DNA of 64,000 bases from Zygnema circumcarinatum SAG 698-1b (lineage: Eukaryota; Plantae; Zygnematophyceae): assembly GCA_037447605.1 (NCBI GenBank), contig CM074821.1, forward strand, positions 310,001 to 374,000, read 5' to 3'. Positions within the stretch are counted from its first letter, which is position 1. Every line of letters begins with the position of its first letter. The position numbers and the translations under genes are program-made. Under the pieces are notes generated by a model. The model searched no databases and had not been told where the DNA came from. It worked only from the letters and a program-made list of their open reading frames with translations. Of this stretch, positions 25,201 through 37,913 are shown in pieces.

Positions 25201-28200
25201 TTTCTCTATCTCATCTTCCTCCTCCTCGACTTGCCCATTATCGTCAGCTCTACCTGCTGCAACGCCCTCATATCCTCCTCTATCATCATCCTGCTTCCCA
25301 TCTGCAGGTCTAATATCATTATCCATGCCCTGGAGTGCTTGCGGGCTATGTTGAGTATCAACGACAGTAGCAGGTAATTCGGAAATTTCCTCATTTCTCC
25401 ACTTAGCATCAACCATATCGTCCCTAGCAGATTCGTGAAATGATGTGTCTGACCCTAAGGCTCTTAGCTTCCCGTCGTCACCCTCAACATCAGCCAATGC
25501 ATTATTCAACTCGTTGTTCCCACTTCCATCATGCTCAGCTTCCAGTCCAAGAACTTTCGTAGTACTCGCCCTTAGTAAATTTTCAGTCTCATTCACTTTT
25601 TCCTCACCATTCTCAGAATCTTCTCCCTTGAACCTTTCAAAGTCCTCTGTTTTAACATCTGCTATTACATCGTCGCCATGGCCATCTTTTTCTACCGTTT
25701 CTTCAATGCCAAAACTACTTTCAACGAGAGGTTCTGTATCCTCCTGATCAACAGGCAAGGACTGCTCCGGTGCCTCCACCAACTCATCAGGCGAGTCCTC
25801 TGCCTCCCCTTTCCCTATCGAGCCTTCATCTTTGTTTCCATCGTCAACATCGCTTTTCTGCAAGGATTCCTGTAACCTCTCATTCCGTGTTTGATGGTCC
25901 TCCAGACTTCTTTCCTCGTCCTCCTGCTCTCCATCGTGAGTTGTGTCTCCCTTTCGTCCATCATCATCTGCATCTGCAACGTCTTCCATCGAAGTATCAC
26001 CATCATCAACATCCACTTTTTCTCCCACACCGCTTCCAGATCGGCTCCCCTCCACATCTGACTCATGGCCAGGGTCCACTTGCCGTTCTTCCTTTTGCAA
26101 CTCGTTGACATGCACATGATCTTGGAGCTCATGCGGACCTGAATGCTCTTGCTCTAGAGAGGAAGACCTTGCAGGGGGAGATACCGACCGCATCAGTTCC
26201 ACTAACTGTAGACGCCTCTTCTTAATGGGCATGCTGGCAGCAACAGCATCACTGAATCTCCGACCAAGAACAGGCACGTTGGTATCAAGGCTTGTCCCAT
26301 TTGGCACCTGCAGCAAGAGAAAAAGTTTTGAGGAGATCAGAAGGCCCACATATGGGACAATATAGAAAACATCAGAGGACGCAACTTGACAGACGTAACT
26401 AGAACAAAAAATTGCAAAAGTAGTAGCTGTATTAAACTAGATAGTGATCAGCAAACATGCATGTGTCGATCGCGCAGATGAGTCACCGGCATGTCCAGCA
26501 ATCAGTAAAAGGAAATGACGGGTGACATGACTTTGCAAGATGGGTCTACCTTTGCTTCAGGAGTCACAGCTGTATCGGCTCTCTCCTGATTGTTGGTAGG
26601 ACTTTCCAAATGAACAGGTGGCTTCAAATCCATAGCTGTGTCTCCTCCGCCTGCGTTCCTAGGCAAAGAATTCTCACTCTCTGCTAATCTCTGGTCTCTG
26701 CTACCTTCATCGTCAGGCTCTACCTTTACCTTATCGCTTCGAGCATGCTTAGACCCATCACCATGTTCTTTTCTAGACTTTTCCTCCCTACCTTCCAAAC
26801 TCCATTTGTCACAATTGGCAATGCCCTTTACTTCCTTAGCAACTCCAATTACCAACGAACTTCGAAGCCGCTTCGTGCCCTTTCCGTGAGGATCTTTCAC
26901 CTTTCGAAGAATAAGCTTATTAGGTGAACCGGCTGAACTATTGTTGATCCCCATTGGTTTGCCTTCCCATGACTTTGACACAACTGCAACATGTAATGGA
27001 GGTGGCAGCATTCCACTAGCTGCTGCCCCCCTACCGCCACAGAAGTGACAAAGGACACTGCCTTGACGACTGCTGGCACGCGGAGATACAGGAGATGGGC
27101 CATTCCAACCGACAGCAGTTAAACAAGAGGGATGAGCGAGAGCAGATCCTCCCTGACAGGCACATGGATGTACCTGCAAACAACGCGTCGCCAATGAAGT
27201 TAAGAAGTTTCCGATGCTCTCACTCAACCACAACTATCTCCATAACTTGGACCGACTATCTCCACAACATTTCTTGGGTCACTTGCCTTACCTCTCTAAC
27301 CATCTCAGGTTAGACAATCAAAACAGAGCTCTTAACAACAACACCGCTAAAAGTGTTCGTGATATCGTCCAGCTTGTGTCGTACAATGATTGAAACGTTT
27401 CGAACGTTTTAAATGCTCATATTGTTTTTAAAGTCAATCGATAGTACTAGTTAGACATACCATGTATCACGGCTGCCGCATCTTCATATGCCTTTCAACG
27501 GGACGCCAAGAGAGGTTGCGACAGCTATTCCACAAGAAAACACCCAAGAGTCCTTTATACAAACCTGCTTGTCAAACAGTGTGCTCACCATGCCTTCGAA
27601 GTCCTGGTTATCCTCGCAACCACAAATGCTGCAGACGGCCTCCTCAGCTTCCCAATCCTTCTCCTTCGTTCTGACCGAGGCAACCGCTCTCCGCAGATCT
27701 TCTGCTGACCTTTCCCAGTCTTCTCCCTGCCATACATGCGCAGCAGCGCCCTGTAAGACTCTCCTCCAGAGGGCCTGAGACTCTGTCCAATTGACCTCCT
27801 ATTCCCTATGTCCCACTAAGGGCCTTACACACAGCTGTCAGGTTATTCCATCATCCACGAGCCCCTGCTTACACCTGTTATATGATCACCTGCTCCAAAG
27901 AAAAGCTCTGTAAACCAGAAATATCCAGAGTTTGTCAGCAGAGACGCATTCATGGCCTTTATCGATCTTGTATGCCTGCCAAAGCCTAATCGATGATCCC
28001 TGTCTCAACATCCATGAATTCCATCTGCGGGTATGTATGTTTCCAACTGCATCTCTCCTTTCCTTATCGCTCCCATCTCCACTAGCACAACCCCTCTTCA
28101 ATTTATCTCCCTCAGCTGCGTCCAGCACCGACATCCGAAACTTCACATTCTCGCAAGTCTGCCGCTCTGCCTCCATTCCAACGATCTTCAGCTGCTTCCT

Positions 28201-29668
28201 GAGAGTAAACGCGCTACTCAACTCAATCAGGGCTAACATCGGTACACTTAAACCCTTCCAACCTCAACCCCACCCCCTACCCTAAAAAGAAAGACCACTG
28301 AATCCAACCCTAATTTCCCCAAGTCCCATGATATGGCCGCTACAGAGACGCCAACTGCCTTTTTCTGCCAGCAAAAGATACAAACAAATGCACTGAATGC
28401 TTTGTCAGTGCTGTTGTGAGACCTGCTGACGACCGGCTCCTCGAGTCCTTGCTTGAATTGCAGCTCCGTCCGCACCTCTACCTATCTCTGTCTCTCCCTC
28501 AAGTTGGCTGCGAGAGACAAACCTTCTCTAAAGTGTGCAGAATCGTCACATCCTCCCTCCTTTCTCGCTCGCATGCTGAACAAATATAATCGGCTGGAAT
28601 CTGGGATATCAACCAACCCGCCACGTCCTACATCAACACCCAAAAATGCCGTCCATGCAGCTATTTGACACGGTCCTGAATTACTAAATTGGAATGAAAT
28701 ATAGCACCACTTCCTGTCCCACTATCTGTGTAGTTCTATACACTATATCACGCTTCCGCATGCTAATAACATGAACACAACCTCCTCGTATGGGGAAGCA
28801 ACCAGCAGCCTCACCTGCTTGTCGCTCCGAAAGCCTTGACAGTCCGCATGCTCCCATGCCCCACACTGTTCGCATGCCAACATAAGGCCCCTGCTCTGAT
28901 TCTTTCCACACACACAGTCCACTTTCTCCCCTCCTTCAATCTCCACAAAAGCACATTCATGCTTTAAAGCTCTTTCTCCCACAGCAGCTCCGATTGTACT
29001 ACCACTGCCGCTATGGCTGCCATCTTGCCGACTGAGAGGTTCCAGCCGGTATCCCTTCCTCCACCTTTCCAACGCTCTGCTCCGCAAAAACAGAATCGCT
29101 TCTTTTACAGAGGCTTCCACCGCCTCCCCTCTGCAGAAAAACGATAAAGCCCGAATGCCTCCATCCGGCTCCATCGGGCTGATAACTACTGCATATCTTG
29201 TTCCAAGAAAGCCATTCCTGCGCACGCATATGAAAGAATGAAGCTTCTGTTTAGCGCCGCCTTCATGGCCTGCATCGCCCATTCCTGCTTCTGTTCCCTC
29301 TGTATCTGTATACAAAAACGCGCCGAAGGCTTTAATGGTGTCTGTACTGCATGCGAACTGCAGCGCTCTGCTTCGCGCTTCAGCGTCTTCAAAGCCGCGA
29401 GAACCGCATAGAAACTTTCGCCGCTTGACAGAAAAAGCCTTGGCTGTATTGCTGCTGTTTCCTTGACATTCCACCATGAAGTAGCAGCGTCCATTGCTCT
29501 CACTCTGTCTCCGCAGAGATATCATCTCTTTAACCGCCCAAGCCCTCCCCCTCCCACAGTTGCTCCAACCCTAAATCAGCAAACCTTCATCCGTCCCGTG
29601 TCAGACAACTGGATCCGTTGCAACTGATCGAAAAACTGCATACACACGCGGATATGTGCTCGAACCAT
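22260..29668 (-). CDS. Very large (roughly 1950 aa) nuclear protein: PHD finger + RINGv (C4HC3) + acidic IDR + RGG/GM-rich + RS/RE-rich tail
   Basis: PHD: CVCGKNQSRGLMLACEQCGAWEHADC..|IPADYICSAC. RINGv: CSIC..DKQ|VHPCACQGGSALAHPSCL..CHFC. PIKKRR basic motif. Long exons at about 26308-24086 and 23862-22260. All checked junctions are in phase. Start codon uncertain. Confidence 0.7.
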
Positions 29669-30190
29669 ATTGCGCAAAGCCTGGAATCTGCACAGCCTCA
29701 GCGTTTCATCAAGCACGACTCCTGCCGCCTGAGCACTGCTGCTCTCACCCAGACGCCCTGCAGAAGCCCTATCCCTTATCTGCTCATGCAATTTAAACTC
29801 CGGAAAGTTGTCGACGTTTACAATACTATACTTTATGCAGATATCCAAAGCACGTAGAGGAAAGCGCGAGGGAAGGGAGAGGAAATTCTGCCCTAGTTTC
29901 TGCTCAGCCTGGCTCAGCCTCCGCCTCTGGCTCAGCCCCTGCCCTGCACGAGCAGAGCAGGAAGGGCTCCAAGAGCAGACTTCCAGGCGGGGCTACTCCA
30001 TACGATACGATACGATATCAAATACAACCGATATATACAATACTATGCGATACGATATGGTTCCATTGTCAAACCACTCGGGCATACGAACAAATTACGT
30101 TTCTGGTACGGGGAGATAAAATGAATTTTCTGTTTCTCACATCGATTTATCAATTTTGCTGGTTCAGAGGTGACAAATTTGCAGAGGTCG

Positions 30191-30390
30191 GACCATTGGA
30201 TCGGCAACCATTCGACAACCATTGCCATCCGATGGTTGGACGGGCAATGGCTCGAAACCATTCAAATGCGTGGCAACCATTGACTCCAATGGTTGCAACC
30301 GTTAGCAATGGTTAGCGGGGTCGCGAATCAATGGTTCACAACCATTCAAATGGTCGATTTAATGGTAACCATTGGTTGATCCAATGGTTC
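30191..30390. repeat. Cluster of about 15 AACCATT(GG)/(CC)AATGGTT motifs in both orientations
   Basis: ACCATT at about 30192, 30207, 30218, 30257, 30276, 30341 and 30368; AATGGT at about 30288, 30307, 30330, 30349, 30361 and 30383. Confidence 0.88.
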
Positions 30391-30880
30391 AGTGTGTTTC
30401 CAACTCTATGGACATGAATACAATTTCCAGATACACATCAAATTTTTACTTCTATGTCTCAACGTCAATGGTATTTCTCCGATGAAAAACGAAAAGCAAA
30501 ATTTCCAGCGGGCAGACGTAAAAGTAAGTCCGCGTCGGCTGCCACTCCGACTGCTGCCCGTCAGCAAAAACTTCCGACGTGGCACGGACCCAACCAATCA
30601 GAGCCGCCGGAGGCTGGCAGGGCGGTCCAGCGCATCCAGGGGTGCGGGTGACCGACCTACAAAGCCTAGGCTCCATCGACGGTCCCGCGTCCCCACGTGT
30701 CATATCGGACGGGGGAAAGGCGCGTTGGAGGCGCCGCCTCGGTCGCCGGACGCGCCACTTCGAGCCGCCGCCCCGCGCAAGACGACAAAAATAATCGGAC
30801 GAGATATTTTTGGTCACAGCAGTTCGGATGAGAAACCATGGCGAAAGCGACAAAAAATAATAAAAAAAAAGTACAAACTG

Positions 30881-31130
30881 CCAACCATTGGCTATCCGAC
30901 GGTTGTTAAACCATTGGCAAATGGTTGATTCCGCCGACGCCAATGGTTCCAACCATTGGAATGGTTGCAAGTGGCAATACCAGATACTGTAGCTGATTCG
31001 GCCCGTAGCCAATGGTCCTAACCATTGGAATGGTCGGCAACCATTGGCCGTCCAATGGTTGCAACTATTGGTAATGCTTGATTCTGTGAGACGCCAATGG
31101 TTGGCAACTATTGCAATGGTGGGAACCATG
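30881..31130. repeat. Cluster of about 16 AACCATTGG/CCAATGGTT motifs forming short palindromes
   Basis: For example CCAATGGTT-CC-AACCATTGG at about 30940-30959, CCAATGGT-CCTA-ACCATTGG at about 31009-31028, and AACCATTGG-CCGT-CCAATGGTT at about 31039-31060. Confidence 0.9.
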
Positions 31131-31533
31131 ACCTATCTATTCATGCGAGTCGCCATGACATCCATGGCAGAGCATAGCTGGCTCCATGCGTCATAAGTAC
31201 GCAATCGCAAAACTGGAACCAAATTTTTGACATGGAAAGGGACCTTATTAGAAAGCTAGGAACCTATCCGACTTTGCTCGCGACTGATTACTGCGGATGT
31301 ATACCCACACCATAGGTCAGAAAAAGTACCAGGCAAATTTGCCTAATCTGCAGCAGCAACAGCGTACATTGGAGAATTGCTACAGTACAGTACAGTATGC
31401 CAGTCAGCAGGTTGCCGTACTGTACCAAATTACGAAATCCTATTACCACACAGGAGTCTCTTGCAGGACGCAGCTTGCACAGCCATGGCCATGGCGTCCT
31501 GAGGAGGGCTTGGAAGCAGGGAAGGGAGTAGCA

Positions 31534-34500
31534 ATGGAGGGCTTCGGCAATGAAAGGAGCGAAGAGAGGGAAGTTTTTATCGGAGAGTGTGCTGCAGTGG
31601 ATCAGTTTTTCCAAACCGCGCCGCCGCTGAAGGACGAGGATGCTTACAAGAAATCAGTTCTGGATTTTTTGAGGCAGCATAAGGAATCTGCTGGTGATTA
31701 CATGGACTTTGAAATTAATCTGCACATGAAATCATCCAGACACGACGCTCCAGGATTGGTTTTACAGCTATTTTTTCCTGAAAATGATTAGAAACTTGAA
31801 AACCAATGAAAATGAATATGCTTGATTTCTTACAGTTATTGACGCTTGTATTGAAATGGCTTTGGTTCCCAGCCAATTCGTTTGACGCGCGAATGCTAGA
31901 TGTATATATATCTATTATTTCTTTGCCAGTCTCTTAATTCCTTTTATTTTTTTTCCTTGGAGCCAGTACATCAGTCTTAATGATATGTCTACTGAATCAA
32001 AGAGGGCCATGCATTAATAATTATTCAATGGCAAGCTCGTCCTACTGCACCGAGTCATTTCAAGTTTTTGAGCCTAGAATTATTTTCTTAGCATTGATTA
32101 AACATTGATTTGGCCATGAGCTGGCTCAGGCGGGTAACTTGCTACGATGAGACATTTGTAATCTGGACGTTCTGGATGTTAAATGGTGTGTAAAGTGAAT
32201 TAGAATGGACGTCCGTTGAAGTCAGATAGGCTGTTCAGATTTTTGGAATGCATATTGCAAGAGGATATTGTGTGTCTTGTCAAGAACTGTACGATGCCGA
32301 AGCACCTTACCATTTGAGATCAGTTTTGTTCCTCTACCTGATTGATTTTTCCTTTGATTTTCATTTATCACTTTGTTTAGACCGGCGAGTAGTGTGTGTG
32401 ACTTCTGGAGGAACGACAGTGCCTTTAGAGCGCAAATGTGTTCGATTCATTGATAACTTCAGTGCCGGCAATCGCGGAGCAGCATCAACAGAGTAAGTCT
32501 GGAAATGCGTTACATCGCAGAATCGTCACTGTGTTGTTCGGAATGGTGGCATTCCTTCGGATACATGAGATTTATAACTGTTGTTTGTTTAAAATGTTTA
32601 TTAAGAACCGACTGTAGTGGTTTGTGAAAGTTAGTTATTTTTGAAAAGTGGTCCATACTTTTTGAGTTACTCTTTGGTTGGATTTTTTCAAGTGCACACG
32701 CAGCTCTGACTTCAACGGATGGATGCAGTGCTTCTGTAGCTCGTCGTCTGCTAAAGTTGGAAAGAAGAAGAGTGCACGATCTTCTTGTGCATAGTATAAT
32801 CGTAGTACTTGTGTGTGTTTTGTAGGACACTTTCCGCCACTATTATTCAGCCCTCTCTTACCTTCATCCATTGCGTTTGTTTTTGCAGGTACTTTCTCAA
32901 AATGGGCTATGCAGTCATTTTCCTGTATCGCAGGTATTTTGTCATACCTACTGCATAGATATTATGTTTGCCCACATAGTAGGACCTGTCTAGTGTAAGT
33001 GGCCTTGCACCAAATAGCAGATCAAGAAATGTCTAAGGTGCTAAAAGACTAAAGAGAAAAATAGAACTTCTTCTCGTCTGCTGTACGTGGTGTAGGGGTT
33101 CAGTGCAGCCATTTTTGCGAGGCCTTCCTGAAAGTCCCCTATTTGACTGTTTTGAAGCCGTTGATGGTTTGCCCCAAGGTAAGCCTCGCTCCTCTTGTGT
33201 TTGTTGGTTTGATAAGTAGAAGAGAGATATGGATTTCTCAATTGCTCTAAGAGCGACAAATTGCTCAGTTGCTGTTTCGGGGCAAACTTACCTCTGCCGA
33301 AGAGTACATAGATGAATGCTTTTAAGCATGTTGTTGATTCTAGTTTGCTCTGATTTCTATGTATTGGGATCAGTGTTGCCGCAGTACACCCACCTTGTGA
33401 GCCAAGCATTGGAGGAGCACCAACAGGTACTGCTCGCTCAGGCGGGCCTACTGTATGAAAATAATCTATCTTTGAAGGGCTTTATTTGGATAACATGAAG
33501 TCTTCGAAAGGGACGACGGGTCTCCAATATAAGATGTATTATGTTCTAGGAAGATCAACTAATATTTGGACACGCATGAGTGGCAGAGGATAAAATGAGT
33601 GGGCCTGACTTCCATGGGGGAAAGGAAGAAGGTTACTTTGGTTAAGGTTTTTGTCTGAGGGGCCACAGTTGGCGATCGTTAGAATTCACTTAAAATGCGG
33701 GAGTTGTGATCCCTCGTAGAAATATATTGTGTGCTTAGTTTGCTTGCTATTTTGGAGGTAGGAGTCTTTGGCGCATCAAATGTTTGGGGTGGAAATGGGA
33801 GTTTATTTCATTTCGGTTGGGCATGAGGGTCTTGTGGGGTGATACTGCCCAGAATTTTTACATGGGAACCGGTGGAGACTTTGTCATGGGCGTGTAGGCT
33901 CTACGGAGTGGAATGCTTCTCTACCTTCCCTATACTACTCTCTTTGAGTATTTACAGGTACATGTTGACCCCGTTGATTAATGTGAACCCTAACTACTCA
34001 AAGCTCTTTGAAAATGCATTTTGCCCGACCTACTTGAGACTGAATTACAGCAGATGACAGACTTCCAGAGATAACAGTACTGATCAAGCTGCAACCAGCA
34101 AGACTTCATGTGACTTCTTTTTTTCAAGGGAGATTCCATGCATTAGTAATGCTAGGTGGTTGCATACGCGAAGGAAGTTATGCTCACATTCGGAAATGCA
34201 GAAATGGACGAGATGACATGAGATGAAGCAGGAATATAAGATCCCAGACGAGTTAAGGCCCCTTATTCGTTCTCTCCATGTGTGCCTCCTCTCGACTTGA
34301 CGGTTCCTTTCTCCTGCAGGTCCTGATATGGACGTTCCATGGCTGCTTGTGAGCAGCTCCTTCGTCTTGCAGTTGCGGAATTTCCTCTTCTGGGAAGGCG
34401 AGGAATGGTGTATCTTGCAGCAGCTGTGTCTGATTTCTATGTGCCTTGGCCATCACTGGTAAGTTTACATGCATTCATACATACATACACTCCGTGTATA

Positions 34501-35383
34501 TCCTGCATACACACATTCATAGCGTACATACGTTCAAGCATGGGTTGTGAGTTTCTAGGGAAGAGGTGCATAACATCACCATCACCAGAATATCATTAGT
34601 GGAGGAAGGCAAGCGTGTCTCGTGTAGGGTTAGGAGTGTGACGAGGACTTTAGGGTTTAGTCTCCAAACCTCTATTAGTTCATAAGGGATGTGAGTAGAA
34701 TTACCTCATCTGCTTGCTTGGGTCCATTTGTTATTGATGGAAGGTTATGCGAGATGGACAGGGAGAGCATAAAATTCAGTCAAGCGGCGGGCCGTTGGCT
34801 ATGGAACTGGCAACTGTCCCGAAGATGATTCCCATTCTGCGCCAACAGTGGGCTCCTGAAGCGTTCGCTGTCTCATTTAAGGTCAGTTCCCACTCTCCCG
34901 CACTCCTCCCCCATCCCTCCCCTCCCCCGTACCCTTTCCCTCCCCCTCCCCTCAGCCTTTTCCTGCCCCTCCACCCCTTCCTCCCCCTGTCCCTCCCCGT
35001 AGACGTACGAAGAGTAAGAGTAGTCAAGTAATGTAAACAATTTCGACATTTTTCTTTTTTTGACGAGCTGTAGGCGAGTACCCGAGGTGCTTAGTTTTTC
35101 GTTTATTTGTCTTATCGGTTTAGGGTTGATTTGTTTGAGGAGAGGGTTGCAGTTGGAGACAGACTGGGAGCTCCTCCTCAGTAAGGCTGAGCGGGCCCTT
35201 GTCAAGTACGGCATGCATGCTGTGGTGGCCAACGAGCTGCTCTCCCGCAGGGAACGGGTGGAGGTGGTCACAAAGGGGGAGGTGAGTACTGTGCGCAGAA
35301 GAGGTGGGGAGGACATAGAAGCGCCCCTCATCGCTCTCCTTGTGCAGCGGCATGCGGACTATATTAGTGGGGTTCAGCCTTAG
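31534..35383 (+). CDS. PPCS: Phosphopantothenate--cysteine ligase (PPC synthetase, CoaB-like)
   Basis: [103 protein letters not shown]. Confidence 0.93.
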
Positions 35384-36401
35384 TTTTCACGTTACGAACT
35401 TGAAATAAGAACCTGTACCGTTTATGCCTTGATAGACAAGAAGTACGTATTTCATTTTTCCTTCATGATTTTTTTCCGAAGATTGAAGCCCTATCGTGAG
35501 TGAAGGGCAGTGACGAACGCTAGTGTACTCTCTTTCTCTCTCGCTCACTCTCTCTCTCCCCCTCTTTCTCTGTCTTCAAAACTGTTGATGTTTGCCAATG
35601 AGGAACATCCTCGTAGGTTGCAGTGCCTTCCAACACAGAACGAATCAAAGTTGTAAGCAACCAAATTGCGTGTCGTTGAAGCAGTCGTCTTTCAAGTACC
35701 AGGCAATCTTGTTTAAAATAGTTGGTCCCCTAAAATCGAGCGTATGTGTATGTGACCCTATTAGGGAGTGTCAATGTTTCAGAATCGCCCACATGGAAAC
35801 AGCGATTTCGATGAGACATGCAATGAACCTTCCCCCAATTTAGGTCCACGTTCAACTGAACCCATAAATCAGAGACACAATTATCCACGGCATTTTGCAA
35901 CGCCCGAATGTATGCGGCAAAAAATCAAACCTGTGTGCAGCAAGCCTTTGAACTAACTTTCATGTGGTTACTCAACGGCTACTCCCTGCTTTTAAATTCA
36001 CCAGAAACTCCAATACCACATGTGAACCCTAACCCTAAGGTCTCTTATAAGGTGCCGACTGAGCTCTCACTCCTACCTCCCTCGGCGGCTCCTCCTCCGA
36101 CCAACCAATCCGCGCTAACCTCACCATAGTGCAGAGGGAAGACTCATAGTCTATGACATGATTTTGAAAGACTACCACCTATGAATGTATACATGGAAAC
36201 GCTTTACGCAATAACACTACCAACATAGAAACGGACGGATAGCCTCCGTTCACACGCCCACTATTACGATCCCCCAAGGACTATTACTGGCGGGAGGTTT
36301 CCTCCTTTGATGGTGAGCTGTACAAAGCAGAAAGCAGAAAGCAGAAAGCAGCTTTCATAAACTCTCTAATTCTGAAAGTAAGAAAGAGAAGAAGAAGAAG
36401 A

Positions 36402-37913
36402 CTACCTCGTCCTTGCACCACTGTCATAGTCCAAAACTTCGTCTTCTGTGACAGATTTTGAATGCCGCACGATTGACCTGCCGACTGAGTTGATCCAATC
36501 CTCCTTTTCCTGCAAACATTTGAAGGGGCTCGAATGCGTTCTCAAAACCTAGAAAACCTAAAATCATAAATATGGAAGGACGTGATGAACAGTAAAGGCC
36601 AAACGTCCACTTTTTACGAAATGGTTATATCCACCTTTTCCTCCTGGCTACGCTTTTAAGGGTTTCAAGCCCATCCAATGAAGGAGAATTGGAAGGTGGA
36701 GCAAAACCTTATCATTGTCGGCGATGAAGAACATGGTTTTTTGATGTGTGGAGAGCTCAAACGCATGCGGCTTGTTCAGCACATCCTCGGCTCCTTTAAT
36801 GGTCAAGCAGTTCCCTACTGAAATAATACCTCTCGGCTTTGAAAACTGCCCAACGAATCCAGTTGCAACCAGGTTTACTGTCAGCTACAAAAGATTATGC
36901 TGACGAGACACGCGGCATTTACAGGACGGCGTAGGATACTTATATGGCTATTGAAACATTAGCCAATGTGGTGAGCTCCAATGAGATAAAAAATCGCTGA
37001 ACAGCCTCATGTTCAAGCACACTGACTCACCTCATTAACATCCTTATCCTTGAACCAGAATATTTTTCCTTCTTTCAGCACGAACCAGCGCCTTCGCCAT
37101 GTCTGGAGGTATTCGCCTGCAACACGCTTCCATGAATAAGACCCAGGGTCTTGTCAATAATATGGCTACCTGACTGAACAGCATTAAGTTCTTAGTATTA
37201 TCTTCACTACTAAGGCCATGGATACGTCTTATTGCAGGGATAATTGTCTTATTGTTTCCATCTCATTGCCGCCTAAATATGATAAGGGATGGTCTGGTTT
37301 CATTCGTTGCTGTGCCAATCATCAGTATAGACTACATGATGCGATTCCGCTGCTTTACATAATTCCTTAGCTTGACGAGGAGTAAATAAACTGACGCTTA
37401 TTACCTTGCTTCATCAACCATCCCGACCGTTCCGGATTTCGCCAAAATTCAACCTAAATTACCGGAGAAAAAGGGAGTAAAAATCAAACAAGGCAAGTTA
37501 GAAACACATTTGAAACCGAGCCTGAAAACAAGAACGCAAATCACTCAACTCAGAAATGAGACAGCACAGTTTTTTCTTGATAACGAAGCAAATACAGCTC
37601 TCCTTGGCTTCTGTTTTCTTCATCAGAAAACTCCGCCAGTCAACCAGCAGACACGTGCTGCTACTTCCTCAGAAACACATCCAAACATGTCAGCAAATGC
37701 ATGCATCAGCACAACGAAAATTCGAATAACTCATACATACATCGCAAACTGCTTCCCTTAACGCCGCTTACTCCGGTCACAAACACATCCAAGCCCCTCC
37801 AAAGCAGCCTTCAAATATCTCCAATCGCATATTGCAATCAGCGACCAAGTGCTGCCTCTCACATTATGCTCCTCCGGCACCTCCCTCGCTCCAAACAGAG
37901 CCGCCATAGCCAT
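36402..37913 (-). CDS. Small pleckstrin-homology domain protein (plant PH1/At5g05710-like), 5 exons
   Basis: VEFWRNPERSGWLMKQG | EYLQTWRRRWFVLKEGKIFWFKD | PRGIISVGNCLTIKGAEDVLNKPHAFELS..MFFIADNDK | EKEDWINSVGRSIVRHSKSVTEDEVLDYD..*. Not visible as a long ORF in the track. Confidence 0.9.

Noticed and set aside
1683-35383. Metabolic cluster of cofactor genes (amidohydrolase, THIM, PPCS)
   Set aside because: They belong to different pathways and are separated by unrelated genes, as expected by chance in a compact genome.
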